Positions 31,440-42,100 of a stretch of 64,000 nt of DNA are shown one piece after another (the first letter of the stretch is position 1; every line of letters begins with the position of its first letter). A model generated the notes under the pieces. That model saw nothing but the letters and a program-made list of their open reading frames with translations. It did not search any database and was not told the origin of the DNA. This stretch comes from a virus. Taxonomy: Duplodnaviria > Caudoviricetes. The stretch covers positions 241,866 to 305,865 of the IMG/VR virus record IMGVR_UViG_3300032030_000005; one strand, given 5' to 3'. Position numbers and translations under genes: made by a program.

Positions 31440-33419
31440 ATGGGTAAAATTATATATAAAGGTAATGAATATGCAACAACTAGTATATCTGCAAAGCATA
31501 TAACTGTTGTAGCTATTAATGTTTTTCAAATAGATAAAACTCCTCATGATTATTATGATAATCACAGATCAAAATGGAAAAATGTTTGTGAATATGGTAT
31601 GGTTGTAAGTAATGTATCTGATGGTTCTTATACTAAAAATGTTCCAGATTTTTTAACAGATGGTGATATTTTTAAAATATATTATGATGCTAGCGGTTCG
31701 TCACCTCATTACCGTTATAAAAAATTAAATAGAGAAGATTATATTATTGATAATATTCTTTTTTTATATAATCAAGATACAGAATCATTACAAGGAAATG
31801 GAAACGATCAAAGTTTATATACTTGGTATACTAGTAAATCTTATTATGATAAAAATATTCCATGTACTGTTATAAATATTAGATATAATAATAATTCATC
31901 ACAACCAGATATAGCTCAACCAGGTATTTATTTAAATAATAAAATAATAACCGATCAAATTGATATGGGAAACTTTGGTTTTAATAAAAGAACTAAAGTA
32001 GTTTTTACTGATCCATTAGACGGTGATTGTAATTTCTATCAGTATAATGGATTAGTATTTGAAAAAATATTTAGACGATCAAATTATAATGATTCTTTTG
32101 AACGTTTTGACTCTAAATTTAGAAATAATGCACCTCCACCAATTTCAGATAATCTTAATGTTGGTGAAATTTTATTTATAAAAGATGATTCATATAGTGA
32201 TAATGATACGGATATTTCTTTAGATTTATCATTTAAACCTAATGATGTATATAGTGTAATAAATGAATACCATCAACTATCAACAGAAGAAGAAAGACGA
32301 AATTCTTATGAAAATGTTATAGAATCTATTGAAAATACTATTCTCAAAATTGATGGAAAGAAAATATTTAAGTTAGCATCATATTATTATAGCCCTAGTG
32401 CATATTCTACAGCATACAATTTTACATTTATACTAAAAGATGGATTATCTAATAATACATTAAATGCAATATCTGATTCAGGATATAGATCTTATAATAC
32501 AAATATTGAAAAAATTGCTTTTTTTAAATTAAATATTGAACACCATAGTCTTAAATCAGATTCTGTTAAAATTAATATATTTAGAAAAGTGCCTATTACT
32601 AATGATACTAAATTAGTACCACATAAAAAAAGTAAATATGATATAGGTTCTATTTATCAAACTGTGTCATCTGAAACTCAGATAAATATTTTTGCAGATT
32701 ATGATACACCAGCTGTAGATATTACAGATTCAAGTAATCCAGTTATTGCAGATCTACATTTTACAATAAATAACACTAAATTAAAACCATATAAAATAAG
32801 ATCTGAATTTGTAAACTTTGATTTCAATATAGATCCTCCAGTAGATGTAGCTCAAGAAGATAATATGAGTCCTATAACATCTAATGCTGTATATGAAGCA
32901 TTACAAACAGGTTCGGCTGATACATTTATTGGTACACATGATGAATGGAATCAGAAAACTACTGAAGAAAAGAAAGCATATACTATTGTAAACTTTACAG
33001 ATGATTATTATAGTGTGGATTCTCAAATAGAAGTTAAAATAATTTATAGTAGTTCAACAGATTTAATATCTCATGATGCTGCAACATCTATTACAGCATC
33101 TGCTAATAATAGTCATGTTAGATTAGCCAAAATCAATAATTATCATTATAAACTTATATTTGAAGCTTTTAACTTTATAGGACGTGGTGATGGTGGATAT
33201 GTAATATTATTCACTATGTCTAAATCGTTAATTAGTAATAAAAAAATTGCATTTACATGTGAATCAGTAATGTCTGATACGGGTTCTGATAAATTCTTCT
33301 CTATATATGCAACTACTAATAATGATAATAATGTTACCATAGAATTAAGATCTCCTTCTATAGAAAATAATACTACTTATAATCTTTGTGGAAATCTTGA
33401 TTTATATCTTAAAGACTAA
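31440..33419 (+). CDS. tail fibre/receptor-binding protein
   Basis: Anchor MGKIIYKG; PITSNAVY and FIGTHDEW...VNFTDD fibre junction motifs; late promoter 31394-31405. Confidence 0.6.
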   Translation: MGKIIYKGNEYATTSISAKHITVVAINVFQIDKTPHDYYDNHRSKWKNVCEYGMVVSNVSDGSYTKNVPDFLTDGDIFKIYYDASGSSPHYRYKKLNREDYIIDNILFLYNQDTESLQGNGNDQSLYTWYTSKSYYDKNIPCTVINIRYNNNSSQPDIAQPGIYLNNKIITDQIDMGNFGFNKRTKVVFTDPLDGDCNFYQYNGLVFEKIFRRSNYNDSFERFDSKFRNNAPPPISDNLNVGEILFIKDDSYSDNDTDISLDLSFKPNDVYSVINEYHQLSTEEERRNSYENVIESIENTILKIDGKKIFKLASYYYSPSAYSTAYNFTFILKDGLSNNTLNAISDSGYRSYNTNIEKIAFFKLNIEHHSLKSDSVKINIFRKVPITNDTKLVPHKKSKYDIGSIYQTVSSETQINIFADYDTPAVDITDSSNPVIADLHFTINNTKLKPYKIRSEFVNFDFNIDPPVDVAQEDNMSPITSNAVYEALQTGSADTFIGTHDEWNQKTTEEKKAYTIVNFTDDYYSVDSQIEVKIIYSSSTDLISHDAATSITASANNSHVRLAKINNYHYKLIFEAFNFIGRGDGGYVILFTMSKSLISNKKIAFTCESVMSDTGSDKFFSIYATTNNDNNVTIELRSPSIENNTTYNLCGNLDLYLKD

Positions 33420-33441
33420 TTAAGAAAGGAGAAATAATTAT

Positions 33442-34338
33442 ATGAGTATTGGAATTGTTGATAAACAGACTGGTAATGTAAATACCATTGCAGGTGGTAA
33501 TTCATCTTCAGTTTTAAATTTACTTAATAGTTTTATTGATTTAAAAGCATCTAATACTATTTCGGCTTTTAATAGAAAATGGGTAGATGTTAATACAACA
33601 TTATCTACTACAATGCCACAGACTGGATTTTTATTATTCTTTATTAAAAAAGCTAGAGATGGTTATTCTTTTTATGTTGATAGAAATGGTAAAACTGTTT
33701 GGAATTATGATAATTTTGCAGGTGAAAATGATTCTACACCAAATGTAAACCTTGTTTTAGGTGAAGCAACTTGTATGATTCCTGTAATGAAAGGTGATAC
33801 TATTACAGTATCAAGTAATGCTTTAGGTACTACCGATGATGAAAAATATTTAATAACTAACTGTAAAATTTTATATAATAATCAATCTGTATATACAATT
33901 GATGGAGATAATATTACTACTACTTTGTTCTCTCAAAAAGTTAAAGAGCTTCAAGGTACATTAACATTATCAGGTAGAAATGGAAATGGTGATGCACTTA
34001 CATTTACAAATATAGTAAATATGGGTGGATTATTAAAATATGTAGGAACTGGCACAGATGGAAAGAAGTATTATGAAGGTGCTTTTAGATTTTCTTTTGA
34101 TGTATCAAGTCCTACATCAACAAATAAATTTTTAGATATTAATTTTAATTATTCAAATAATTTTTTCTGTGATGTAACATCTGTTTCATTTGATGGAGAT
34201 CCTCATAATATATATCTAAGAGGATTAAAAAAAAGTCAAATATCTTTAGAATATTCAGAATCAGATCCATTAGATTCTACAGCTAGAACTATTGAATTAA
34301 GATTTACTGGCACATTTTATGTAGAACCGAATCCATAA
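33442..34338 (+). CDS. fibre-associated/receptor-binding protein
   Basis: IPVMKGDTI beta-sandwich motif typical of fibre tips; same operon. Confidence 0.5.
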   Translation: MSIGIVDKQTGNVNTIAGGNSSSVLNLLNSFIDLKASNTISAFNRKWVDVNTTLSTTMPQTGFLLFFIKKARDGYSFYVDRNGKTVWNYDNFAGENDSTPNVNLVLGEATCMIPVMKGDTITVSSNALGTTDDEKYLITNCKILYNNQSVYTIDGDNITTTLFSQKVKELQGTLTLSGRNGNGDALTFTNIVNMGGLLKYVGTGTDGKKYYEGAFRFSFDVSSPTSTNKFLDINFNYSNNFFCDVTSVSFDGDPHNIYLRGLKKSQISLEYSESDPLDSTARTIELRFTGTFYVEPNP

Positions 34339-34346
34339 TATTTATT

Positions 34347-34379
34347 TTATCCCATAAAAGATTATTTTTTATGGGATAA
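34347..34379 (+). terminator. terminator, CCCATAAAA palindrome family
   Basis: TTATCCCATAAAA/TTTTATGGGATAA. Confidence 0.75.
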
Positions 34380-34444
34380 TTTTATCTATTATAAATATAA
34401 CTAAAATACTTTATTATTAAATATTTAAAGAAAGGATGATATTT

Positions 34445-34690
34445 ATGCCAAAAATTTATAAAAAAAATAAAATAATTTCTGAAACAAATGACTCTTGGTA
34501 TGGTACTCATGAAGAATATGAATTACAAAAATCGAATATTCCTTTTGGTACTAAAATTGTATTTACAGATACGGAAAATAAATCTATAAGCTTTAAACCT
34601 ATAAATGATGAAGATCCAATATCTCCAATTGCAACTATTGCTGATTTAGGTGATATACAAACTGCACTAGAGGTGATTCTTAATGGATAA
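34445..34690 (+). CDS. stand-alone fibre anchor/adaptor protein
   Basis: MPKIYKKNKIISETNDSWYGTHEEYE...IPFGTKIV is homologous to the N-terminus of the 39183 protein. Confidence 0.7.
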   Translation: MPKIYKKNKIISETNDSWYGTHEEYELQKSNIPFGTKIVFTDTENKSISFKPINDEDPISPIATIADLGDIQTALEVILNG

Positions 34691-37600
34691 TGAGAAGACT
34701 ATTGCTGAGCTTTTAATTGAGCTTAAAGATGCTAAAGATAATATAAAAAATGCCCTTTCTAGAAAAGGTATCGAAGTTTCTAATGATATGACAACATTTG
34801 CTGATGATATAGATTCTATAGAAAAAAAAGTTTCTATTCCAATAGTATTATCAAATGGTACATTTACTAGTGTAACTGCAGACTATAATTCAGTTACTCA
34901 TGAATATTCAATGCCAGATATTTCATTTTTAAATTGCAATGATTTCTCAGTTACAAATGTTGAACTTCCTTCTGAAGTTACAATACTTCCTGATAATTGT
35001 TTAAAATTCTGTCAAATTACTAGTATTGATTTATCTAATATTAAAACAATTGGAAGATATGCTTTAGCCAATACTGCTATTGCAACTATAGTTATACCAT
35101 CAACTGTAGAAAAAGTAGATGCTTATGCTTTTGATAATTCTGGTTTAACATCAGTTACTTATGATATCACTTCAACTGCTGTAGATTCAAGAGCATTTAC
35201 TAATACTGTATACTATACTAATAAAATGGCTAATGTTACTGATGAATTAGTTGAAGGTAATTCACTTATTGTGGTAAAACCTGAAGCAATTGAAGAAGGT
35301 ACTTATACAATTCCAGAAGGTGTTACTACTATTGAACCAGGTGCTTTAGCTGAATTAGATACTTTAACAGAAGTTGTAATTCCAGAAGGTGTTACTACTA
35401 TTGGTAATAATGCTTTTGAAGATACCGGTTTAACATCAGTTACTTTACCTTCTACTATTACAGAGATTGGTGAAGATACATTTGCAGGTTCTAGCTTGAC
35501 TGGTTCAGTTACTCTTCCTGTTAATGTCGAAACAGTCGGTGAAGGAGCTTTCGCTGGAACAAATATTACACAAGTATTAACTGATCCAGAAAATCCTAAT
35601 GAAATTGAATTCGGTATTGATGCATTTAAAGATACACCTTATTTAAATAATATGGGTATTACTGCTGATGGTGGTGCTTTAGCTGTTACATCAGATCAAA
35701 TAACTGATTTAACAATCCCTAGCACTATTAAAATAACAAATGTAGATACATTATGTAATACAACTAATAATACATTAACAACTATTACTCTTAATGAACC
35801 TATTAATTGCATTAAATCATATGCATTTGCAAATATTCCAAATCTTGTAAGCTTTACTTGTCCTTCTGTAGATATTGTAGAGGCACATGCATTTGATGGA
35901 AATACTGCATTTACTGCATTTAATGTAGGTTCGTGTAAAGAAATTCGTGATTATGCATTCAAAAATACTGCTATTGAAACATTCGATATTCCTGAAGGCT
36001 TAGAATATATGGGTAATAATGTATTTGATGGAAATACTTTATTAACATCTTTCTTAATGGATAGAAATAAATGTATTAATAAAATGGATAATGCATTTGA
36101 TGGTTCTGCAATAGAAAGACTTAGAGTTAAAGTAAATACTCTTAAAAATACATTTATAACTAATCTTACATCTTTAACAAAATGTGAAATCATTATTGAT
36201 AAATTTCCGCCTAATTTTGGTGCTCTTGGTAATTTAACTAATTTAGAAGAATTAGTTCTTAATTGTAAAGAAATTGATATGAATTCATTTAATAGATCTT
36301 CATCTAATACTAATGAATTATCTATTGAATTAATAAATGTTGAAAAGATTGGTCCATCATGTTTCAATTATGCTATTAACATGCCTAATGAAACATTTTA
36401 TCTTCCTAATAGTTTAAAAAGTATTGGTAATGACTGTTTTAAAAATGCAATCGTTAATAATTTAAATATTGGTAGTGGTTTAAAAGAAATAAATAGTTTT
36501 AATAATTTAACAGTACTTGGATCAGAAGGTCTTACAATTCCTTCCAATATTAAAAAAGTTGGAGGATTTATGGCACTTAATACTTCTGCATTGACAATTG
36601 AAAATGGTGTAGAAGAAATAATGTCTGGTACTATAAAATTTGAATTTGCATTTAAACAATCTACTGGCTTTACAAGTTTAAATATCCCTAATAGTGTTAA
36701 AGAAGTAGGTTATGGTTCTTTTAGTGGGAATACTACATTAGAAGATGTTTCAATGTCAGAATCTACAAATCTTGGAAGAGATGCTTTTAGCGGATGTACT
36801 AGTTTAAATACAATTATAGACCAGACAACTCATACATTACTTTTCTTGAAAATAGGAAGTACTATTCCTGATGGGGTTATTAAATTAGGGCCTAGATCTA
36901 TTAAATCTTATACTGGTGATGCTCCTGCGTCTGTAACAGTTCTTGGTTTTAAATGTTTACAAAGTTCAACTGGTGATATAAACTTTTTAGGTAATGTAAC
37001 ACGAATTGAAGACTACGCTTTTTCAAATTCTACCATGACTGTTAGATTTAAAGGTAATATAATTCCTGATACTACATATTTAGAATATTTTTCTCCATGT
37101 TTATCAGATTTATCTTGTCAGCAATCAGATAATAATAAAACTTGGAATACTTATGTATGTCAATATTATACTGACTTACAAACAGTAGTAGAGCCAGGAC
37201 AGATTATAGCTGGAAGTTTATTTAAAGTAATTGATAATTTAAATAGAGAACCTACAATTGAAGATCCATTTGTAGTTGAAGATCCTGAAACCGGAGATTT
37301 ATCTTGTCAAGTACCTGAAGGCGTAACTGGTATTGGTGATATGTGTTTTATGAAGTATCAAAAAGCAGTATATCTTCCAAATTCAGTTAAAAAGATAGGA
37401 ACTTATGGTGCTGTAAATGGTAATATGCATCTTAAAGATCCTTCAAATTCTCAATTAGAATATGTAGGTTATGCAGCTTATACTAGTAAAATGAGTATGT
37501 CTAATGGTAAAGCAATGAGTGGTTTGGATGTTGATGCATTCCCACAAACTAATAATCTTTGCACTTTCCAAAATGATAGTATAATTTTTGCAGCATCAGG

Positions 37601-39014
37601 AAATAAAGGTATTGAAGGATTTAAATTTCCTAAAAGATTACATATAAATATATCATCTAATCTTAAAAAATTTTTTGATACATGTATAGAGGATGAATGT
37701 CATTTAGAGTCTACGGATGGTAGTCAATTTTATATCGGATCTGGCAGTTGTTGGTTTATGATGAATAATACTGATGGTACAAGTTCTGGAAATATTTGGT
37801 TTGGTATTAATAGAGGACAAAATATAACTCTTCCTGAAGAAACAAATATATACATACCAATGTATAACAGAGGATCTACATCTATATCTTTTAAATCATT
37901 TTATAAGAATATTCCTACTGATCCAAAATATAAAGATTATATTACACCATTTGCATTACCAAATAAATTGTTAGAATGTACTGAAGATAGTACTGGAACA
38001 CTTACTCCTGATAGAATAGTATTTCCAGAAGGTCATAAAGTTGTATTGTCATATGCATTTAATAATTTATATAGTGGTAACAATGCTAATATAACTATTG
38101 AAAAAGCTCTTAATATACCAGAGATAGTATTATCAAGTACTATTGAAGAGATCAGAGGTAATATTTTTGGTGTAGCTAAAAAACAAACAAATAATGGACT
38201 TTCTAATACATCCGCTATTTGTTATATTAATAATTTAAAACCATTTAAGATACCTGCTAGTTGTAAGAAATTATGCACTGCAGCGCTTATTGGTGCTGGT
38301 GGTTTTATTGGTATTGATTTTAATGATAAACTTGAATATATAGGAGACTATGCATTATTCAATTGTGGAAGTATAGTTGCAAACTCAAATACTGATGATA
38401 TAAAAAATGCCATACTTCCTATAACAGTTCCACCATCAGTAACTTATATAGGCGATTATGCATTTGGTAAATGTGGTTATAAGAAAATTGAATTCACTAA
38501 TGGTAATGCAGTTTACGGTAAATATTTATGTTGGAATGCAAACAAATTAGAAGAAGTAATTATTCCAGAAGGTGTTACCGAAATTCCAGATTATGCTTTC
38601 TATGGTTGTACTTCTTTAAAAACTGTTAAACTTCCTAGCACTTTAAAGACTATAGGTATTGGTGCTTTCTATGGTTGTACATCATTAGTATCTATTAATA
38701 TACCAGACAGTGTAGAAGAATTAAAAAATACATGCTTCTATGGTTGTACATCATTAGACTTAATCCATATACCAAATTCAATTAAAGTAATAGGTGAAGA
38801 AGTTTTTGTTAACTGTAATGCTTTAGATTCTCATGTATTTGAGTTACCTAATTGTATTGAAAGTATAGCTTCTAATGCTTTCAATTTAAACGGTACAGAT
38901 ACTTCCTCTACAAAAAAGTGTTATATCAAAATAGATAAAAGAACTAATAGCGTTATTAATTCACCATTTGACAATGGAAGAAATCTTAATGAAGTAACAT
39001 GGCTTAGAAACTAA
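34683..39014 (+). CDS. BspA-like leucine-rich-repeat (LRR_5) surface/fibre protein
   Basis: Many IPEGVTTIG..AF..C.SL repeats; N-terminal IKNALSRKG...FADDI coiled coil. Confidence 0.85.
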   Translation: MDNEKTIAELLIELKDAKDNIKNALSRKGIEVSNDMTTFADDIDSIEKKVSIPIVLSNGTFTSVTADYNSVTHEYSMPDISFLNCNDFSVTNVELPSEVTILPDNCLKFCQITSIDLSNIKTIGRYALANTAIATIVIPSTVEKVDAYAFDNSGLTSVTYDITSTAVDSRAFTNTVYYTNKMANVTDELVEGNSLIVVKPEAIEEGTYTIPEGVTTIEPGALAELDTLTEVVIPEGVTTIGNNAFEDTGLTSVTLPSTITEIGEDTFAGSSLTGSVTLPVNVETVGEGAFAGTNITQVLTDPENPNEIEFGIDAFKDTPYLNNMGITADGGALAVTSDQITDLTIPSTIKITNVDTLCNTTNNTLTTITLNEPINCIKSYAFANIPNLVSFTCPSVDIVEAHAFDGNTAFTAFNVGSCKEIRDYAFKNTAIETFDIPEGLEYMGNNVFDGNTLLTSFLMDRNKCINKMDNAFDGSAIERLRVKVNTLKNTFITNLTSLTKCEIIIDKFPPNFGALGNLTNLEELVLNCKEIDMNSFNRSSSNTNELSIELINVEKIGPSCFNYAINMPNETFYLPNSLKSIGNDCFKNAIVNNLNIGSGLKEINSFNNLTVLGSEGLTIPSNIKKVGGFMALNTSALTIENGVEEIMSGTIKFEFAFKQSTGFTSLNIPNSVKEVGYGSFSGNTTLEDVSMSESTNLGRDAFSGCTSLNTIIDQTTHTLLFLKIGSTIPDGVIKLGPRSIKSYTGDAPASVTVLGFKCLQSSTGDINFLGNVTRIEDYAFSNSTMTVRFKGNIIPDTTYLEYFSPCLSDLSCQQSDNNKTWNTYVCQYYTDLQTVVEPGQIIAGSLFKVIDNLNREPTIEDPFVVEDPETGDLSCQVPEGVTGIGDMCFMKYQKAVYLPNSVKKIGTYGAVNGNMHLKDPSNSQLEYVGYAAYTSKMSMSNGKAMSGLDVDAFPQTNNLCTFQNDSIIFAASGNKGIEGFKFPKRLHINISSNLKKFFDTCIEDECHLESTDGSQFYIGSGSCWFMMNNTDGTSSGNIWFGINRGQNITLPEETNIYIPMYNRGSTSISFKSFYKNIPTDPKYKDYITPFALPNKLLECTEDSTGTLTPDRIVFPEGHKVVLSYAFNNLYSGNNANITIEKALNIPEIVLSSTIEEIRGNIFGVAKKQTNNGLSNTSAICYINNLKPFKIPASCKKLCTAALIGAGGFIGIDFNDKLEYIGDYALFNCGSIVANSNTDDIKNAILPITVPPSVTYIGDYAFGKCGYKKIEFTNGNAVYGKYLCWNANKLEEVIIPEGVTEIPDYAFYGCTSLKTVKLPSTLKTIGIGAFYGCTSLVSINIPDSVEELKNTCFYGCTSLDLIHIPNSIKVIGEEVFVNCNALDSHVFELPNCIESIASNAFNLNGTDTSSTKKCYIKIDKRTNSVINSPFDNGRNLNEVTWLRN

Positions 39015-39018
39015 AAAA

Positions 39019-39060
39019 AAAAATATCCCTAAAGATTATATAATCTTTAGGGATATTTTT
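39019..39060 (+). terminator. terminator, perfect 42 bp palindrome
   Basis: AAAAATATCCCTAAAGATTATATAATCTTTAGGGATATTTTT. Confidence 0.85.
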
Positions 39061-39182
39061 CAAAAGTTATTATTAATCATTAATCTTTTTATAAAATAAT
39101 TTATAATATTGTATTTTATTAAAAAGCCTTTACCAAAAACAGCTATTTATAAAATATATTGAAAGAAAGGAAAGTGATATTT

Positions 39183-42100
39183 ATGAGCAAAATTATCAGA
39201 AAAGGTAACATCTTAGCTGAAAGTAATGACACTTGGATGGGTACTAAAGCTGAATATGAAGCTGTTAAAGAAACCATACCTTTTGGTACTAAGATAGTTA
39301 TTATTGATGGTGATAATAAAGGTGTATTCTTTATGCCTGAAGAGTCTATTGAACCATTAATTCAAACTGGTACAAAGGGTGATCCAGGTATAGGTATTAG
39401 AACTGCTAGTGTAAATCAGCAAGGTAATCTTATATTAACATTAACAAATAACACTCAAATAAATGCTGGTAAAGTTGTTGGTGCAGACGGTGCTGATGGT
39501 AAAAGTGTAACATCTGTTACAAAAACTAAAACTGAAGGCTTAGTAGATACATATACTGTTACATATACAGACGGTACTACAAATATCTTCACAGTTTCTA
39601 ATGGTGCAAATGGACAAGATGGTAAAGGTATAAAAAGTGTTACAAAAACTGCCACTGTAGAAAATGTAGATACATATACTATTAAATATACAGATAATTC
39701 TACAACTACATTTACCGTTACAAATGGTATTAATGGTGCCACAGGTGCAGCAGGTAAAGGTATAAAGACTATTGCAAAAACAGGTTCATCTGGCAAAATA
39801 GATACTTATACTATTACATATACTGATAATGCAACAACTACATTCTTAGTTACTAATGGTAGTGATGGTAGAAACGGTAATGATGGTGTTGGTATTGAAA
39901 GTATTGCTTTACAAGGTCATTTAGGAAATGTAGATACTTATGTAATTCAATATACTAATGATACTTCAACTACATTCAATGTTACAAATGGTATTAATGG
40001 TGTAGACGGTAATGATGGTAGTGATGGTATTTCTATTGTTAGTGCTGTTGTTAATGGACAAGGTGAACTTGTCCTCACATTAAGTGATGGTAATACTATT
40101 AATGCAGGTGAAGTTAAAGGTAAAGATGGTACTTCCATTAACATCATAGATAGCTTAAGTAGTTCAAGTCAGCTTCCTTCAACAGGACAAGTTAAAGGTG
40201 ACTCTTATTTAATCTCTGGTGACTTATGGGTATATACTAATAGTTCTGATCCAGACGCTGTTAATGGTTTTAAAAATGTAGGTAGAATTCAAGGACCTAC
40301 TGGTAAAGGTATTGTAAGTGCAAATATTACTGATGGTAAATTATATTTAACATATTCTGATTCAGCAACCCCAGTTTTAATAGGCGATGTTAGAGGTGAT
40401 ACTGGTAGAGGTATTTCAACTGTTGCCAAGACTGGTTCCGCTGGTTTAATAGATACTTATACTATTACATATACAGATGCAACTACCTCTACATTTACAG
40501 TAGTTAATGGTGCTAACGGTGCCACAGGTGCTGCTGGTAGAAGTGTAACCAATATTGCTAAAACAGGTAGTGCTGGTTTAGTAGATACTTATACTATTAC
40601 TTATTCAGATAGTACTACATCTACATATACAGTTACTAATGGTGCAAATGGTGAAGACGGCCAAGATGGTGTTGGCATTGCTTCTTTTGAAAAGACTGGT
40701 TCTGTAGGATTAGTAGATACATACACTATTACATATACAGATGGTAATACTGATACATTCACTGTTACTAATGGTGCAGATGGTGAAGATGGTTCTACAG
40801 GTGCAACTGGTGTAGGCATTGTTTCTGTAACAAAGACTAATACTTCAGGATTAGTAGATACATATACTATTACATTTAGTGATGATACAACTACTACATT
40901 CAATATTACTAATGGTGCTAATGGTTCTACAGGTGCTGCCGGTAGAGGTATTCAAGGTATTGCTAAAACAGGTACGGTATCAAATGTAGATACTTATACA
41001 GTAACTCTTACTGATGGCACAACTACAACATTTGATGTTACAAACGGTACTAATGGTGCAAACGGAATATCTGTTACAAATGCGACAATTAACTCTAGTG
41101 GTGAATTAATCTTCACATTCTCAGCTGGTGATCCTGTAAATGTAGGACGTGTTGTAGGTAATAACGGTGTATCAATTTCTAGTATAGCAAAGACTGATAC
41201 TGAAGGCTTAGTAGATACATATACTATTACATTTAGTGATAGTACAACTACAACATTTAATGTTACTAATGGTGCAAACGGTGCTGCAGGTGCAACTGGT
41301 AGAGGTATTCAAGGTATTGCTAAAACAAGTACTACTGGTTTAACTGATACATATACTATTACATATACAGATAACACTACATCAACTTATACAGTTGTTA
41401 ATGGTACTGTAGGTGCTACTGGTAAAGGAATTGCTGATATTTCTTATACATCAACTTCAGGATTAGAAGATACATATACTATTACATACACAGATGGTGA
41501 TACTGATACATTTGTAGTTACAAACGGTGCTGCAGGTGCAACTGGTAGAGGTATTGTTTCTATCACTAATACAGCTACAGAAGGATTAATTGATACATAC
41601 ACAATTGCTTATAGTAATGGTACAACTTCTACATTCACTGTTACTAATGGTGCTAAAGGTCAAGATGGTGCTAATGGTGCAGATGGTGATGATGGTAGAG
41701 GTATTGTTTCTGTTGCTAAAACAAGTACTTCAGGATTAGTAGATACATATACTATTACATATAGCGATAGTACTACATCTACATTCACTGTTACTAATGG
41801 TGCAGATGGTGCATCAGGTGGTATTGTACAACGTTATGTACCAAAGTATGCACACCGTGAAGGAAACGATGTTTATTTTGAAGCAAAGATTGATCCAGGT
41901 TGTGATTATGTATTCGATACCACCTCATACACTTGGACAGGTTTACAACCAAAGGATTCAAATGGCTCTAATACTCGTGGTGAAATAGCTCATGGTCCTA
42001 ATGATACAAGAGTTGCGTTTACCGCAGCATCAAATGAAACTCAATGTCAAATGCGATTCTATCCGGGTGTCGGTGTAGAATTTGATCAAATTGATTGGAC

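Noticed and set aside
39480-41820. Regular ~120-135 nt repeats resembling a CRISPR array
   Set aside because: They are in-frame protein repeats with synonymous variation, with no constant repeat/unique spacer structure and no cas genes
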